This document shows positions 1-13,534 of a DNA stretch of 64,000 nt, piece after piece. The stretch comes from Octopus sinensis (taxonomy: Eukaryota), in assembly GCF_006345805.1 (NCBI RefSeq), contig NC_043000.1, positions 68,448,001-68,512,000 on the forward strand, written 5' to 3'. Within the stretch, counting starts at the first letter, position 1. Each line of letters starts with the position of its first letter. The notes beneath the pieces were generated by a model, which worked only from the letters and a program-made list of their open reading frames with translations, searched no databases and was not told where the DNA came from. A program made the translations under genes and the position numbers.

Positions 1-2445
1 CGAATAATGGTTAACAGCAAACCAAAGACTGGAAAAACAAAACTAGTCAGAAGAAAATTTGATATAGCGAAGCTTAACAACCCAGAGATCAGCTTCTTTG
101 TGCATCTTCCATTCTCAAACACCTTCAATCCATCCCATCTGACAACCAGGATATGGATAAGGAAAGGAGTACACTTCGAAAAACAATCACTGAAGTGGCT
201 GAACACACCCTCGGGTACAGCAAAAAGAGACATAACGACTGGTTTGATGACAATGATCTAGCAATCAGCCAGCTGATCGATGCAAAACGGCAAGCCCACT
301 TCTCTCATGAGCAAGATCCAAGATCGCAGCACAAGAAGGTGAGATATCAAGACCTCAAAAGATAATACCAAATAAAATTGAGAGAGATGCAGAACAACTG
401 GTGGTAAGAAAAAGCGGTTGAACTCCAAAGGTATGCTGACACCCGTGACTTCAGACGTGAACTCAGGAACTTTTGGGGCTCGTTAGATCATCAACATGGT
501 CATCAATCAGATTGATGCCCGTGAGATCATCAATCAGTAGACTCCAACACCATCCTGGCTGACCTACAAGATATCGTTCAACGTTATAGAGAGAGAGAGC
601 ACTTCTCGAGTCTTCTGAACCAAGGCTCCAACGCGGCGGATGACTTCTTGAAGAACGTACTCATGCATCAAACTCGACACTAGATGAACACGCCACCATT
701 CTACAAAGAGTATCAGATTACCTGCAACTGCATGAAACAGCAGAAGTCCTCTAGCCCAGACAACATCCCAATGGAACTTCTAAAACATGGTGGACTACTA
801 TTAAACACCAGTCTGTTCACATTGATTTTCCGAATATGGAAGAACCGCCACGTTCCCAAAGACCTCAAAGATGTTGTTATCGTCGCCATCTTCAAAAAAG
901 GAGATAGAAAGATGTGGAAACTATAGTGCCATCTCACTGGTATCCACTGTAGAGAAAATCTTTGCAAAGTTCCTTCTGGATCGTCTCCAAGTCATCGCGG
1001 AGGAGGTCCTACCCGAAGCACTATGTCCAGAAGGACAACTGACATGATCCTTTGTGCTCGACAAATACAAGAAAATAGTAGGGTACAACAAAAACATCTC
1101 TATTTTGTTTTCTACGACCCCGAAAAGGCCTTTGATACAGTCCCAAGGCCTGCAGTGTGGAAGGTCCTCCGATGCTTCGGCTGCCCCGATCAGTTAATTG
1201 CCCTAATACAGGGATTATATAACGATATGACTGGAACCATCTTCCATCAAAACCAATTGTCTGAAGACTTCCACATCACTGGATGATTAAAACAAGGATG
1301 CGTTTTGGCCTCAACACTCTTCCCCCTGAACCTTGCAGCAATGTTTCATGAACTGCCTTCGGGCAATCCAGGAGCCAACATTAGGTACCGATATGACAGG
1401 GAATGTTTCAACCTTGCCAGATTGAAGTCACGAAGACTGACTAGGAAGCAAAAGATCACTGAACTTCAGTATGTTCATGAGAACGAAGCGGTCTGCCACT
1501 CCAGTGAACAGCTTCAACAGTTGGTGAATAACTTCATCAATGCTTACACTCGGTTTGGCCTAAAAGTCAACATCAAAAAGACAAAAATCCTGACATAGCC
1601 CATTCTAAGCTAGAAAACTCCAGACCTCAATGTTACCATCTCGGGGACGCCACTGGAGAAAATCGACCACTTTTCAAACTTTGGGAAGTTTGCTATCGAA
1701 CAAGTGCACATCGGAAAAGGACGTAGAGAACCGATTAAGGGCGGTTCACACTGCGTTTGGTGGACTCGTGAAAAGGGTCTTTAAGAACCACCAAACAAAA
1801 TTTAGTGATCTCCACTCTCCTCTACAGTTGTGAAACCTGAACTTTTTACCGAAGTGACGTCAAAAAATTAGAGCGATTTCACCAACAGAAGCTCCGCTCT
1901 ATTATGAATATCAAATGAAATGACGATGTGACCGATGACTCCGTTTTGGAGAGAACGAAAAGAAGCAGCATCAAGGCCACCATCCTAAAACATCGTCTGA
2001 GATGGGCGGGCCACGTAGCAAGATTGAAAGAGACCAGGCTGCCTTGTTAAATTTTATATGGTGAACTTTCTTCCGGAAGAAGACTCCGTGGCTGTCCCCT
2101 CCGTCGATAGAAGGATCAGCTGAAGCAAAACCTCAAACTGACTGAAATCGATCCCAAAGCCTGGGACATTGAAGCTCATGGTAGGCCTGGTTGGCATCAT
2201 TCCATCTCCACTGTGACAGATCATTTTGAAGCTGAATGACAGAGGAAAGAAGAGAAACGACAAGAAAGAAAATGGAGGCTGCAACAAACACAACCTCCAC
2301 TATAGATCCCTTTTGAACTTTGCAATAGACACTTCCATGCAAGAATCGGCCTCTTTAGCCATCAGAGGCATAAAGACGGATAGAGGAGAAGAAGCGGTCA
2401 AGAAGAAGTCAAATAATCGGACTTACGATAAAACGCCGCCGACGA
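1..2445 (+). mobile_element. RTE-clade LINE relic (BovB/AviRTE-like), degraded ORF2, runs off the window's 5' edge
   Basis: ORF fragments contain KSSSPDNIPMELLK (KAPGPDGIP-like), DLKDVVIVAIFKKGD, FYDPEKAFDTVPR, LQYVHE (decayed YADD) and GLKVNIKKTK. The C-terminal RIGLFSH-type motif lies near 2340-2375. Many stops and frameshifts. Confidence 0.9.
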
Positions 2446-2655
2446 TGTATTTGTCCCACACTCCGCTTGACAACCGATGTTGGTGTGTTTACATCTCCGT
2501 AACTTAGTGGTTCGGCAAAGAGATAGATAAAATAAGTACCTGGCTTTAGAAAATAATTAGCAAAATGGTCGACACATTCGATTAAAAATCCTTCAAAGCG
2601 GGCCCCAGCATGGCCGCAGTCTAATGACTGAAAAAAGTAAAAAATAAAAGATAAG
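2446..2655 (+). mobile_element. 3' half of a tRNA-derived SINE (family 1; octopus OK/Nin-domain-like, name from memory)
   Basis: cttgacaaccgatgttggtgtgtttacatctccgtaacttagtggttcggcaa...cagcatggccgcagtctaatgactgaa matches the 3' halves at about 28150-28340 and 53970-54170. Confidence 0.75.
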
Positions 2656-2925
2656 AGATGTTTTCCAGCTCTTTTTGTTTTTCATTCCAAATCTCTTCTT
2701 AGTGAAGTAAGAGTGGGTTTCTTGCTTAGAATCTCGGCATTTTCATAGGAATTTCGACAGTATCATCAGAGAAGTTTTGTAAAATGAGAAAACATACATG
2801 AATGTATGATTTCCTGTTTTATGTTTCTAATTTCTCATCTATGAAGAAAGAGTTGGCACCTAGCCTGGGAAAAAGACTCTTTCATTGGAATTTAAACTAT
2901 ACCGTCTGCGTTTCCACATGTGTAG

Positions 2926-3095
2926 GCATAGGCGCGGCTGTATGGTAAAAAGTTTGCTTTCCAACAATATCGTTACAGGTTCAGTCCCACTAGGTGGTAC
3001 CTTGGTCTTATGCTATGGCTTCGGGTCGACCAAGGCCTTGTGGGATTAGGTTGACAGAAACTGAAATAAGACCGTCGTGTATGTATGTGTGTGTC

Positions 3096-3169
<74 letters not shown>

Positions 3170-3247
3170 TGTGTGTATACATACAAATGCGTACGTGTGT
3201 GTGCGTGCGTGTGTGTGTGTGTGTGCGTGTGTGCGTGTGTGTGTGCG
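2926..3247 (+). mobile_element. SINE family 1 5' half followed by its internal (TA)n/(TG)n microsatellite
   Basis: tRNA-like head ggctgtatggtaa...ggttcagtcccac, then gaccaaggccttgtg...gaaactgaaa...ccgtcgt, as in the copies at 28015, 31503, 43039 and 52988. Confidence 0.75.
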
Positions 3248-3399
3248 TGTGGCCCAGCAACAGACTCACTAAATATGTTATCGCTCGTTCATCTACGTCC
3301 AATAATGAACAAAAATGGTGTATAGGCATAACAGAAACGCAAATCTAAGGTACGACCAAAGAGCCATACTGTTACACTCTGATTCATTGAACAGAGAAA

Positions 3400-4480
3400 G
3401 GCCATAGAATTATGAGGTCGTATCTGGAGCATATGGAAGCAACTTAGCCATGAATGGGTGATTGGGTGTAGGATGACCTCCTGATGGGAGTCCGGGAGGA
3501 TTTGTTTCAAGTGCCCGACATTACGAAACTAAAGGGATTCATAAATTTTTGCTTTCGTATTTTTTTCTTACGTCCGTTGATATAAATAGGATATTCCTTC
3601 CCTTCTGTTCGTTTCCAATACAAATCGAATGATTTCCTTGACGTTTATCGGGATGCATTCAATTCTTTTTCCACATTCTTTTTTTTTCCGTTACAAACCT
3701 TCTTTCATCCGATGCCCGTTATTTGGTTATACCTTTGGGTTAATCACGGCTTTACCAAATCTATTTCCGCACATTTCATGGAATATCTAGATAAATGAGT
3801 TTATTTGTTAGAATGTCGATCCTTTCAATTTGTTCTGTTTAGCCACAGAGAGATAACTATCTAGGGATGCCAATCTTTGGCTCTGGGCCACTCCAGTTTT
3901 GTTCTGATGGCAACAGGACCTGGTTGAGTACGAAGATAGGTAACAAGTCCTTGAATACTGTGAGATGATCATTCCTGGTTCCGACTTGTATCTATCAGCT
4001 AACTAGCTGTTACCGACTCGCGATACTGCCTAACTTTACAACCTACTTTTGGGCGATGGAATTCCACCAGCTCTTGAAAACACTTCTGCAAATCAGGCTG
4101 TAAGAAACAGGACATCTTGAGGGTATTTCTTGTGTAATTCTTTCACATTGTTTCTACTGCCTTCTCATACTCTTATCTTACCTTTCCGAGAAATCACGCC
4201 GTCTTTCCGAAGCTTTAGTATGTCATTCGAAAGTTCTTTCCTGATAGTCTGGTCAGTCAATATTTTACATGTAACTTGATCTTCATTCGCCAGCTGTCGA
4301 TTGAATATCACAATGATTTTTGCCCTTTCATACAGTTCCGATCAGCATTAATGTTACCCGAGAATGTCCGGCTTTTTTCGTACATGCTGTGGTACTCTTT
4401 TCTTCCCTTCTCCTTACAGATAGCACACTCATCCGGGTGCAGTTGTGACCAATCCAGCCATGTAACAACTATTTTGCTTT
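3400..4480 (-). mobile_element. Possible BEL/Pao LTR-retrotransposon gag-protease-RT relic, highly decayed
   Basis: Minus-strand translation gives CAICK...NC (decayed gag knuckle), GPVAIRTKLEW (like the BEL P-x-A-x-x-T-x-LGW peptidase motif) and GISYL...TKAKI. No LTRs were identified. Confidence 0.4.
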
Positions 4481-6737
4481 AATACACACTGAGGTTTCTT
4501 TCTTTCTTGCTTTCTTTCTTTTTCTTTCTCCTTTTTTTTTTGTTTTGTTTTGGCTTTCAGCTTTGACCTTTCTCTCACATTCGTCTGCCATATCAATTAT
4601 GAAACATTTTCTGCTTCTCTCTCCAGTTCACAAATCACTGCTCCGCTGCCCTTCCTAAGCGCAACGAGTGTCAAAAAGGCATTTGCTCCGTTTTACAGTC
4701 TCGGACACGTTCTATCATCTAATTGCAATATCAACAAGTTATTTCGTATTCCACCTAACTACCATCCACTCAATAAATAAATAGACATGACAACCCCAAG
4801 AAACTTAACAGAAATTATCAAAATCGTATATTTTTCTTCTATTAATCTTCTGCTTATGGCTGTCATATTGAGGCGACATGCTCTATGTCTTGTCCCTCTC
4901 GCGTCGTTAACTAAAAAATGTTGGCTGCCAAAACAGGACGGTAATTCTCATTTGCTTCCAGTCATTAAATATCATGCTTTCTCGGCCTAAAAGTAAGTAT
5001 GAACGCTGAAAATGAACATAAAAATATATTCACACAACACACACACACGCACTAACATACACTCACACCCACCCGTGATTATATTTCTATGCTTCGTCAT
5101 GTCTCTCTCTCACCCTTTCTCTCTCCCACATTCTTTCCCTTTCTCTCTCTCCCACACTCTTTCCCTTTCTCCCTATCTCCCTCTCTCAGTCTCTGTCAGT
5201 CTCTCTCTATTTCTGTGTCTTTATTTCCCTTATCACTATGAAGAAAAGTATGTATGATTCTATTAAAAGGTGTTCCCGAACCACCACAGATTTTAGGTGA
5301 AGACTATTCAATGCAGCAAAGGTACTCATGAACAAAAGCACGAATGTCAAATATCCTTTTCCAGCTTCACAAATCTGTGAGCTTTCCGAATGTTAAAAAC
5401 AAAGGAAATTATGATATCAAGAAAAAATATATTTCACTTCATATTCGAGGCTCTGATGAAGATATAGGATGTTATTCAGGCACTCAACTATGAGTCCATT
5501 GCATTATAGCAGAAACCGCTGTAAGTTAATAATACTCATAACATAACCGTCATCTCATTTTCTTAAGTGTATATATATATATATATATATATATGTTTCA
5601 ATTTCATATCTTTGTATGTGTATGTGTATTTGCGCAAGTGAGCACATGCGTGTGTGAGAGAGTATGGAGAGACAGAGAGAAATGGCGAGACGGCATATTT
5701 TGTTCGCTTCATATCGTTATTATTGTAGTTTAGCCACAAAAGAATTCCAACGGTGACTTTCCTATCTTGTTTATCAGATACATAAGTATCATTCAAAAAT
5801 GCAGTGGAGTACAATTTTAGCGAGATTTCACAACTAAGATTCCTTCGGTAAAACATCTCATACATGAGTGAGCCGTCGGTTATAGTTTTAAAGCCTCGTG
5901 GTCTATCATATATTTCTTGACTTCTAGCCTTATGTCCCATGCAGTTATTAGTTGCGATTAATAGAAAGGATAGTCTCTACACACTAATAAGTTTATCTTT
6001 CGCTCATGCTATCTATTAAAGAAATTAGCATTTTTCTGCACTGGTTCAACTTTGGACTGTTTGTACGGAAGATGAATGTAGAAACCCCAAATACCAACAA
6101 CTTCACAATTTTTCGTAAAGATAATCAGATCCATGTGTTCACCATATTTTACTACGAGAAGAGATGGCATATATGCGGTTACTCGACCAGTTAAAAATAG
6201 AAGATAAGCTTCTTTGTTGCTGAAAAACACAATGAACAAACCTGAGAGAAAATACCTCATATAAGCTTTCTGCTTATTAGATGTACATAGTAGGATATTC
6301 CATACATAGTAGGAATGGGCAGCAGGACAAATCTTCAAACGAAGGACTCCAGTGAAACAAATATTTTAGTCCGTTAGTTCCTAATAGTCTAAGGGACTCA
6401 GACCCACCTAATTAATAACTTTTGTTCATTTCAAAATGCTACCTTTAGTGACGATTGAACCTGGAATTTTCGGGTGTTCTTATTTCCCAGAACTGTGGTG
6501 TATACAGCTCGGCCACGAAGGGAACCAAAAGAACATGCACTGTGGATCTATTTCAAACTGGGTTTCCATCCTAAAATAGTAAATTGCAAAACTTCGATAA
6601 ACTGAAGATATCTTAGCAATTTGTAGACAAGAATTGCTTCTACGAGAATTATCTTTCCACTTGATAGAAATATGTGCACGATATAAACAATAAAGAATAG
6701 AGTGGATGTGGTCTTTAAATTTTACTTCTAGAAGCAG

Positions 6738-6772
6738 TGAACATGTTTCGATCTAACTAGACCGCATCAGCG
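6738..6772 (-). ncRNA. Degenerate minimal hammerhead ribozyme motif (PLE pLTR remnant)
   Basis: Minus strand reads CTGATGC-GGTC-TAGTTA-GATC-GAAAC-ATGTT. A9 is mutated, stem I is broken, and stem III is the palindrome AACATGTT. Confidence 0.45.
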
Positions 6773-6922
6773 AAATATATTCAACGCAAGATAATCTAGA
6801 CCTGGATATAATACGCCAGATAATAAGACATGATGGTCACGATGGAAACATTGGCAGAACAACGAAAACTGGAGCAACGGTAAATGGTTTCTCCATCATG
6901 CACGGAATGAAGCCAAAATGTA

Positions 6923-7378
6923 CGAGAGTGAGTCAAAAAGTAATGCGATTTTGTTTAGGACAGGTATAATTACCAACACAGGAACATGTATCATACATTA
7001 AAATGAAGCTGGTCCTCTGTGGATCACATACCTACTTCTCAACATATTCACCGTTTCTCTCAATAGAAATGTTCCACTTTCGAATGAGAGCATGTATCCC
7101 TGCCCCGTAAAACTCTGTTGACTGTTCTTTGAGCCACTTCTTCACTACCTCCAAACTTACCAGATTTAGCGCCTTCAGACTATCATCAGAATTTTACGGG
7201 GCATGGATACATGCTCTCATTCGAAGGTAGAACATTATTGAGAGAAACAGTGACTATGTTGAGAAGTAGGGAAGTGATCCACTGAGGACCAGCTTCATTT
7301 TGATGTATGATACATGTTCCTGTGTTGGTAATTATACCTGCCCTAAACAAAATGGTATTACTTTTTGACTCACCCTCG
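6923..7378. mobile_element. Mariner-derived fold-back MITE built from two inverted transposase 3' ends
   Basis: TA TSD at 6921-22 and 7379-80. Termini cgag(a/g)gtgagtcaaaaagtaat. Inverted arms are about 190 bp. The arms translate to a mariner C-terminus (EFYGAWIHALIRR...DYVEK*) and the spacer to PNLPDLAPSDYH. Confidence 0.9.
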
Positions 7379-8049
7379 TATCTGAAATAACGCAGTCAAA
7401 CAACAACCATAACACCAACAACATAACTGTAACAAATTGTGTACACAACTGCATTGAAAGAAGGCTAAAGCAGTAGAATTCTATATTCTATCGTCGTTTT
7501 TATAGCTTAATGCTTATTTCACATACATACGTACAAACACACACACGCACATACACGCAAAAATAATGGTTTTTAGTATTCGCTTTTCCTCTATTTTGCT
7601 ATAAGTATTTGTATTTTGCATGTTTGTGGAATTAATACGTTTGTAAAAAAGCACGCTTCTCCAACACTATGCACTTTATACATTCTATGCACATCGAGAC
7701 TATTTGGTTTGCTTCGTGTGTCTGTGTGTGTGTGTGTGTTTGTGTGTTTGTGTGTTTGAGTGTATGTATGTGTGTAAGAGTGAGAGAGAGAAAGAGAGAC
7801 AAAGAGAGGGAGGAAGGTGAATATTAATTTGTGTATACGAAAATGAGTGCCAAAATAAAGAAAACCCACTTGAAAGCGGTATCACTTCTCAATTGGAGTT
7901 ATTTATGTAACTGCATGTGTCGTATTTGGAATGTAGTTGCTGTTTATCATAGGAAACAGAAACAGCTAAGAACTAGAAGCAAAGTTAAGCAAATACGTCG
8001 GAAATTACCAATCAATGATTTATAAGGATGCTGTTGTTATTATTATCAA

Positions 8050-8800
8050 GGCGGGCGTTGAGAGCGATGGATTGATACTAAATACCTTACAGCAGTGGTT
8101 CCCAAACTATGAGTCGCGACCCATAGATGGGTCGCGAACGGAATCTTAGTGGGTCGCAAAAGGTTATAAAAATTACGCATTAGCTTTGATTAACTGCTGT
8201 CTATCGAGATACTCAGTAGAGTTAAGTGGGTCGTCATAAACTGGTGTGATAAATAGTGGGTCGCGACTCTAAAAAGTTTGGGAAACACTGCCTTACAGTA
8301 TTTCTTTCGGCGCTTTCCTTCTGAGTTCAAGTCCCAGCAGGGTTAACTGATCCTTTCATTATGCTGGGATAATAAAAGAAATCTCCCGTCAAGAACTGAG
8401 GTAAATATGAATCAGGTAACTCCATCCCCAATTCCACCTCACCAAGTTTGTGATCAATGTTGTTAAAAATGGTTTAATGGTAGTGGATGACAGAATCGGT
8501 AAAGCGTCAGATGAAATACCTTGTGGTATTTATTTACAGCCTTTTTATGTCCTGTGTTTAGACACCACAACCCCCGTCGCGTTAAGTTTGTCTTTCAGCC
8601 CTCTGAAAGTTGTATGTACCGGAATCGATTTAATCGATTGATCCTCCCTTCAAAATTGATGAATCTAGTGCGTCAATCAGAAATTGTTATTTCTGCAGCT
8701 GCAGCGTGGTGTATGATAAGACGTCCCATTACTCCGGAGTTCAAATTCCACTGATGTTGACTTTGCTATTTATGTTTTCTGAAAACTTGTAAAACCTTTT
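8050..8800 (+). mobile_element. Cluster of decayed SINE family 2 (Meta-domain-like) copies; the first is interrupted by a hAT MITE
   Basis: Fragments ctgagttcaagtccc...ctttcat, gacagaatcggtaaagcg...aatcgatt and ggagttcaaattccactgatgttgactttg resemble the cleaner copies at 43522-44322. Confidence 0.55.
8093..8290. mobile_element. hAT (Buster/Charlie subfamily) MITE, 198 bp
   Basis: TIRs cagtggttcccaaact / agtttgggaaacactg. Perfect 8-bp TSD ccttacag (8085-92 and 8291-98) with the central TA typical of Buster targets. Confidence 0.92.
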
Positions 8801-9113
8801 TCTGTTAGCCAAGCTAATACTCGACCACCAAATTCTGTCAAATGTTAGAAAGCGTAACGGGGTGATATTTGTGAAAGTGATTGCTGCTGAGGGCATCACC
8901 ACCACTACCACCAACAAGAACAGCAACGTGGGCAACTATATGCGGAATCGAACTAGTTTACCAACTTATTGTCTTCAAGGTATGAGAAAACGGTTGTTTG
9001 GGAGTTCGTTTCTTTCATAACATATGGAAATAAACGGAAAGGAGTTTAGTGATGCAAGCTCGGTGCACATCAGTTTTTAGAGATAATATTTGGTTTCAGG
9101 AATTATTATTGCT

Positions 9114-11790
9114 AGTTAAGTTAAGTTAAGTTAAGTTAAGTTTTTGGCTCATAAAGCAAAAAGCAAGGCCATGTAGGGGCACATGGAGTTATGTACAGGG
9201 TGGTGTTCATGCAAAGAGTTCAGGCCATTTGTGGTCAAGGGAGACTTTGAACCGAGCGGTCGTCGGCATCTTCACTATCTCGTCCGGCAGCTTATTCCAC
9301 GAATCCGCAACCCGGACGGAGAAAGCCCCTCTCCTTCGATTGAGATGAAATCGTCGCAGATAGAGCTTTTCGGAGTGACTCCGCAGCCGACGTTCTGGAG
9401 CAGGAGTGAAGAACAGCTCTTTCGAGAGGTTACACTTTCCGCTTATGATGTTGTGAGCAAGAATGAGATCACCATGGCGTCGTCGTTTTTCTAGAGAATA
9501 AAGGTCAAGCGTCTTCAGCCTTTCTTCATAAGACAAATGCTTGAGACCAAGAACCATGCGGGTAGCCAGCTTCTGGACTCTTTCGAGATGATGTATATCT
9601 TTGAGGAGATAAGGAGAAGAGGCTTGAATCCCGTAATCCAATATGGGTCTCACCAGCGTGACATAGAGCGGTAGGAATATGGCTGCTGTGAGCATTCCGA
9701 ATGACCGTCGAATCAAAAACAGAACTCCGCGTGCTTTGTTGGCAGCATGGATGCACTGGGCCAAAGGCGAAAAGGAAGAATCCACCAAGATACCTAGGTC
9801 CTTTACCTGGTCGGTCCTCTCCAGCAGCAGACGACCCGGCTCGAAATCAAGTTGAGTTGCAGGAGAAGAGCCAACAGGCAGATGACAGCACTTTGACACG
9901 TTCAGACACAGGTCCTATTCGTTAGACCATCTCCAAATTTGGTGGAGGCATCGACGAAGATCCTCTATATCACCGCGAGGAGCGACCAGTTTGACATCAT
10001 TGGCAAATAGAAGGGTGTGTTGCGTGAGGTCGTCGGGAAAGTCATTTATGAAGACTAAGAACAATAAGGGCCCAAGCACTGAACCTTGAGGCACGCCACT
10101 GCTCGCACTGGAGACGTCGGACAGTGCACCATTAACTTGGATTTGGAAGGAGCGATCTGAGAGGAAGGCACCAACCCATCGTACAATATCCGGATGGAAA
10201 CTATATGCTTGAAGCTTGACAAGTAATAGGCGGTGGTTTACCGAGTCAAAAGCTTTGGCAAAGTCCAATAAAACGATGTCAACAGCATCACCATCATCGA
10301 GGATACGTGTCACCAATTCTTCCATTACCAGTAAGTTGGTCAAGCGTGATCTCTTCGGCACGAAGCCGTGTTGGGAATCAGAGATAGAGGCTGTGTTTTG
10401 GAGGTGGAGCAACATACTTTTCTAAAGTATGGTTTCGAACATCTTGCTGATTATTGAAGTAAGGGAAACCGGTCGGTAGTTAAGCGGGTCTTCGCGGCTC
10501 CCTTTCTTGAAAATTGGGTAGATTATCGCTGTTCTCCAGTCCGCAGGTATAACACCCGTCGCCAATGACATATTGAATAGAAGTGTTAAAGGCTTGCAGA
10601 TGACCGGACTCAACGCTTTGATAACCTGTGGGTGTATGCCGTCAGGGCCGTGACCCTTGTTGACATCGAGACCTTGAATAACGCGTTCGACTTCGTCCCG
10701 CGTAATGACCAATCTAAGCATTGGAGGTACCGATCTATCAAATGGAGGGGGTTCACGACCATCATCTTGTTTGAAAATAGTTGAAAAAGCCTCGGCAAAT
10801 AACTGACTCTGTTGATAAGGGTCCTCAATCGATACGCCGATACGCCTGTTGAGTCTACCAACGTTGCAATTTGGTTGTTCAAGCGGGAATTCCGTTGGAC
10901 ATGGGCAAAGAAGGTTTCTGGATTGCGACTGGCGTTTGCCGCGATTCTGTATTCATATCTGAAGCGTTCTTCCTTTTCAATTTTCACGGCTTGGTCGCGT
11001 TGAGTTTTGTGCACCTCAAATGCTGCAGTCGAATCTCGATTTTTTAATTCAGCCCAAGCAATATCTCGGAGTCGAAGTTCTCGTTTAACCTTCTTCGTCA
11101 CCCAGGGCTTGTTTCTTCTTCTTGGGAAGCCCAACGGGAACTGCTTGGTCAGTCAACCAGATTACATATGCTTTGAGGGACGACCATAGTTCGTCATCAG
11201 GAATCGCCAGTCCAGAAGCGCGGAAGCCTCGGTTAGAATTTCAAGATTGATTGCAGAGAAGACTCTACGTGGCAGCGAAGTAGTCGTGGGCGTAGAAAAA
11301 GTTGTGTGCATGACGAACTTCAGGACCGCATGATCACTCTTGGCAAGAGGGACGCACACAGATAAGCCTGACACTGATCTTGGATAGCGGGAGAATACCA
11401 GATCCAGCATAGATGGCTGCTGCCCAGACCGATGCCTTGTCGCATATTCAACATGTTGCGATAGAAAACAATCTTCAGCCACGTCAAGAAGGGCCTGGCC
11501 GAACCGGGAAGATGATGTACAAATTGATGCGGGCCAGTTGATCGTGGGAGCGTTGAAGTCTCCTAATATCAAACAGTCATGAGAAGCTGAAACGAATCTT
11601 ATCGCTTCGAGTAAATGAGCATCGTCCTGGGGTCGGCAAGACAGCTATAGACAGCTAACACGGGCAGGCAAAACCCGGATAGGCTCAGCTTGCAATAGAC
11701 GGCATCGAATTTTGTTGTAGGTTGAGCATTAGTGGGTAGAATACCGCTGGACGGTTTAAGATCAGATTTAACATACACAGCAACAGCTGT
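9114..11790 (-). mobile_element. CR1-clade LINE, 5'-truncated within the APE endonuclease, with (AACTT)n tail
   Basis: Motifs ILGDFNAP, GPDGIHP, PIFKKG...NYRPVSLTS, DFAKAFDSV, GVPQGSVLGPLLFLVFIND, RRRHGDLI and AFSVRVADSWNKLP. (GTTAA)n at 9114-9142 is the tail. Confidence 0.93.
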
Positions 11791-12607
11791 TTAGTTCCGG
11801 GCGAAAGACCAAATCTATGATGAAAGATAGTCAAGCTATTGCCATACCGTCTTTCTTTTAGGTACTGTATCTAGGACTAGTGCATTCAAGACTATATAAT
11901 TTAATTTGTCACCCGTTTTTCAAGATGTGTAGAGTGTAATTTGAGAAAGATTTGACTCTTACTTCTTGCAGGCTGGACGAGCATGTAGAAGCTCCTTTTT
12001 TGGCAAGATTTCAAAAATGTTTTGTTGAAGTTATCCTGAAGCGGGAGAATATTTACAGTATTTTTGACCAAAACACTGCAAATATTCACCCTTAAAGTGC
12101 AAATGTTGTTGAAAATTCATGAATAGAATTATGAAATTTGTGCTAATTTCACATTTATAATGCGAGTGAGATATGACTGAAAAATTACCTTTTCACCTAT
12201 ATGCTTCTGTTTTATAGCTCCTAAAGTTACTTCGTTCGACAAAGACTCAGTTTGTTTTAATATTTACCTTTTTCATTGTTGAACGACAATTTAATTCAAT
12301 TCCCGCCTTATGTATATTTACTTCTTTCTTTTTTTCATACTTTTGTACTCTGATTTTCAGGTCTTTAGTTTGTTTTCTGGTTCAGGATAGACGTCCTGAC
12401 TTGTTCTGTCTACTTTCCGAATTGTTTCCTCTTTCGGTCGCTTATGTACAACACTTGATCTTCGTTGTACATGTTGATTTTACGTGCTGGTCTTCTCTTG
12501 TTTTAAACTGTAACAAGTCTTCCTTTAAACTTCACATTTTCTCCGTCTGTCAGCATTTGCTATCACCTGTTGCTCTTGACTCTTGTTCGTCTAATCGTTA
12601 ACCTTCT

Positions 12608-13501
<894 letters not shown>

Positions 13502-13534
13502 CAAAAGAGGGGGTGTATTTCCACGCAGGAAAAA

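Noticed and set aside
3470-3530. Hammerhead-like CTGATGG...stem
   Set aside because: A9 is absent and no GAAA follows the stem; it lies in the putative BEL relic.
4974-4998. U2 snRNA 5'-like sequence (ttctcggcct), a potential Tx1 target
   Set aside because: Only a 10-nt match with no further similarity; expected by chance.
11880-12600. Possible PLE N-terminal coding relic on the minus strand
   Set aside because: Only vague similarity with many stops; not supportable by eye.
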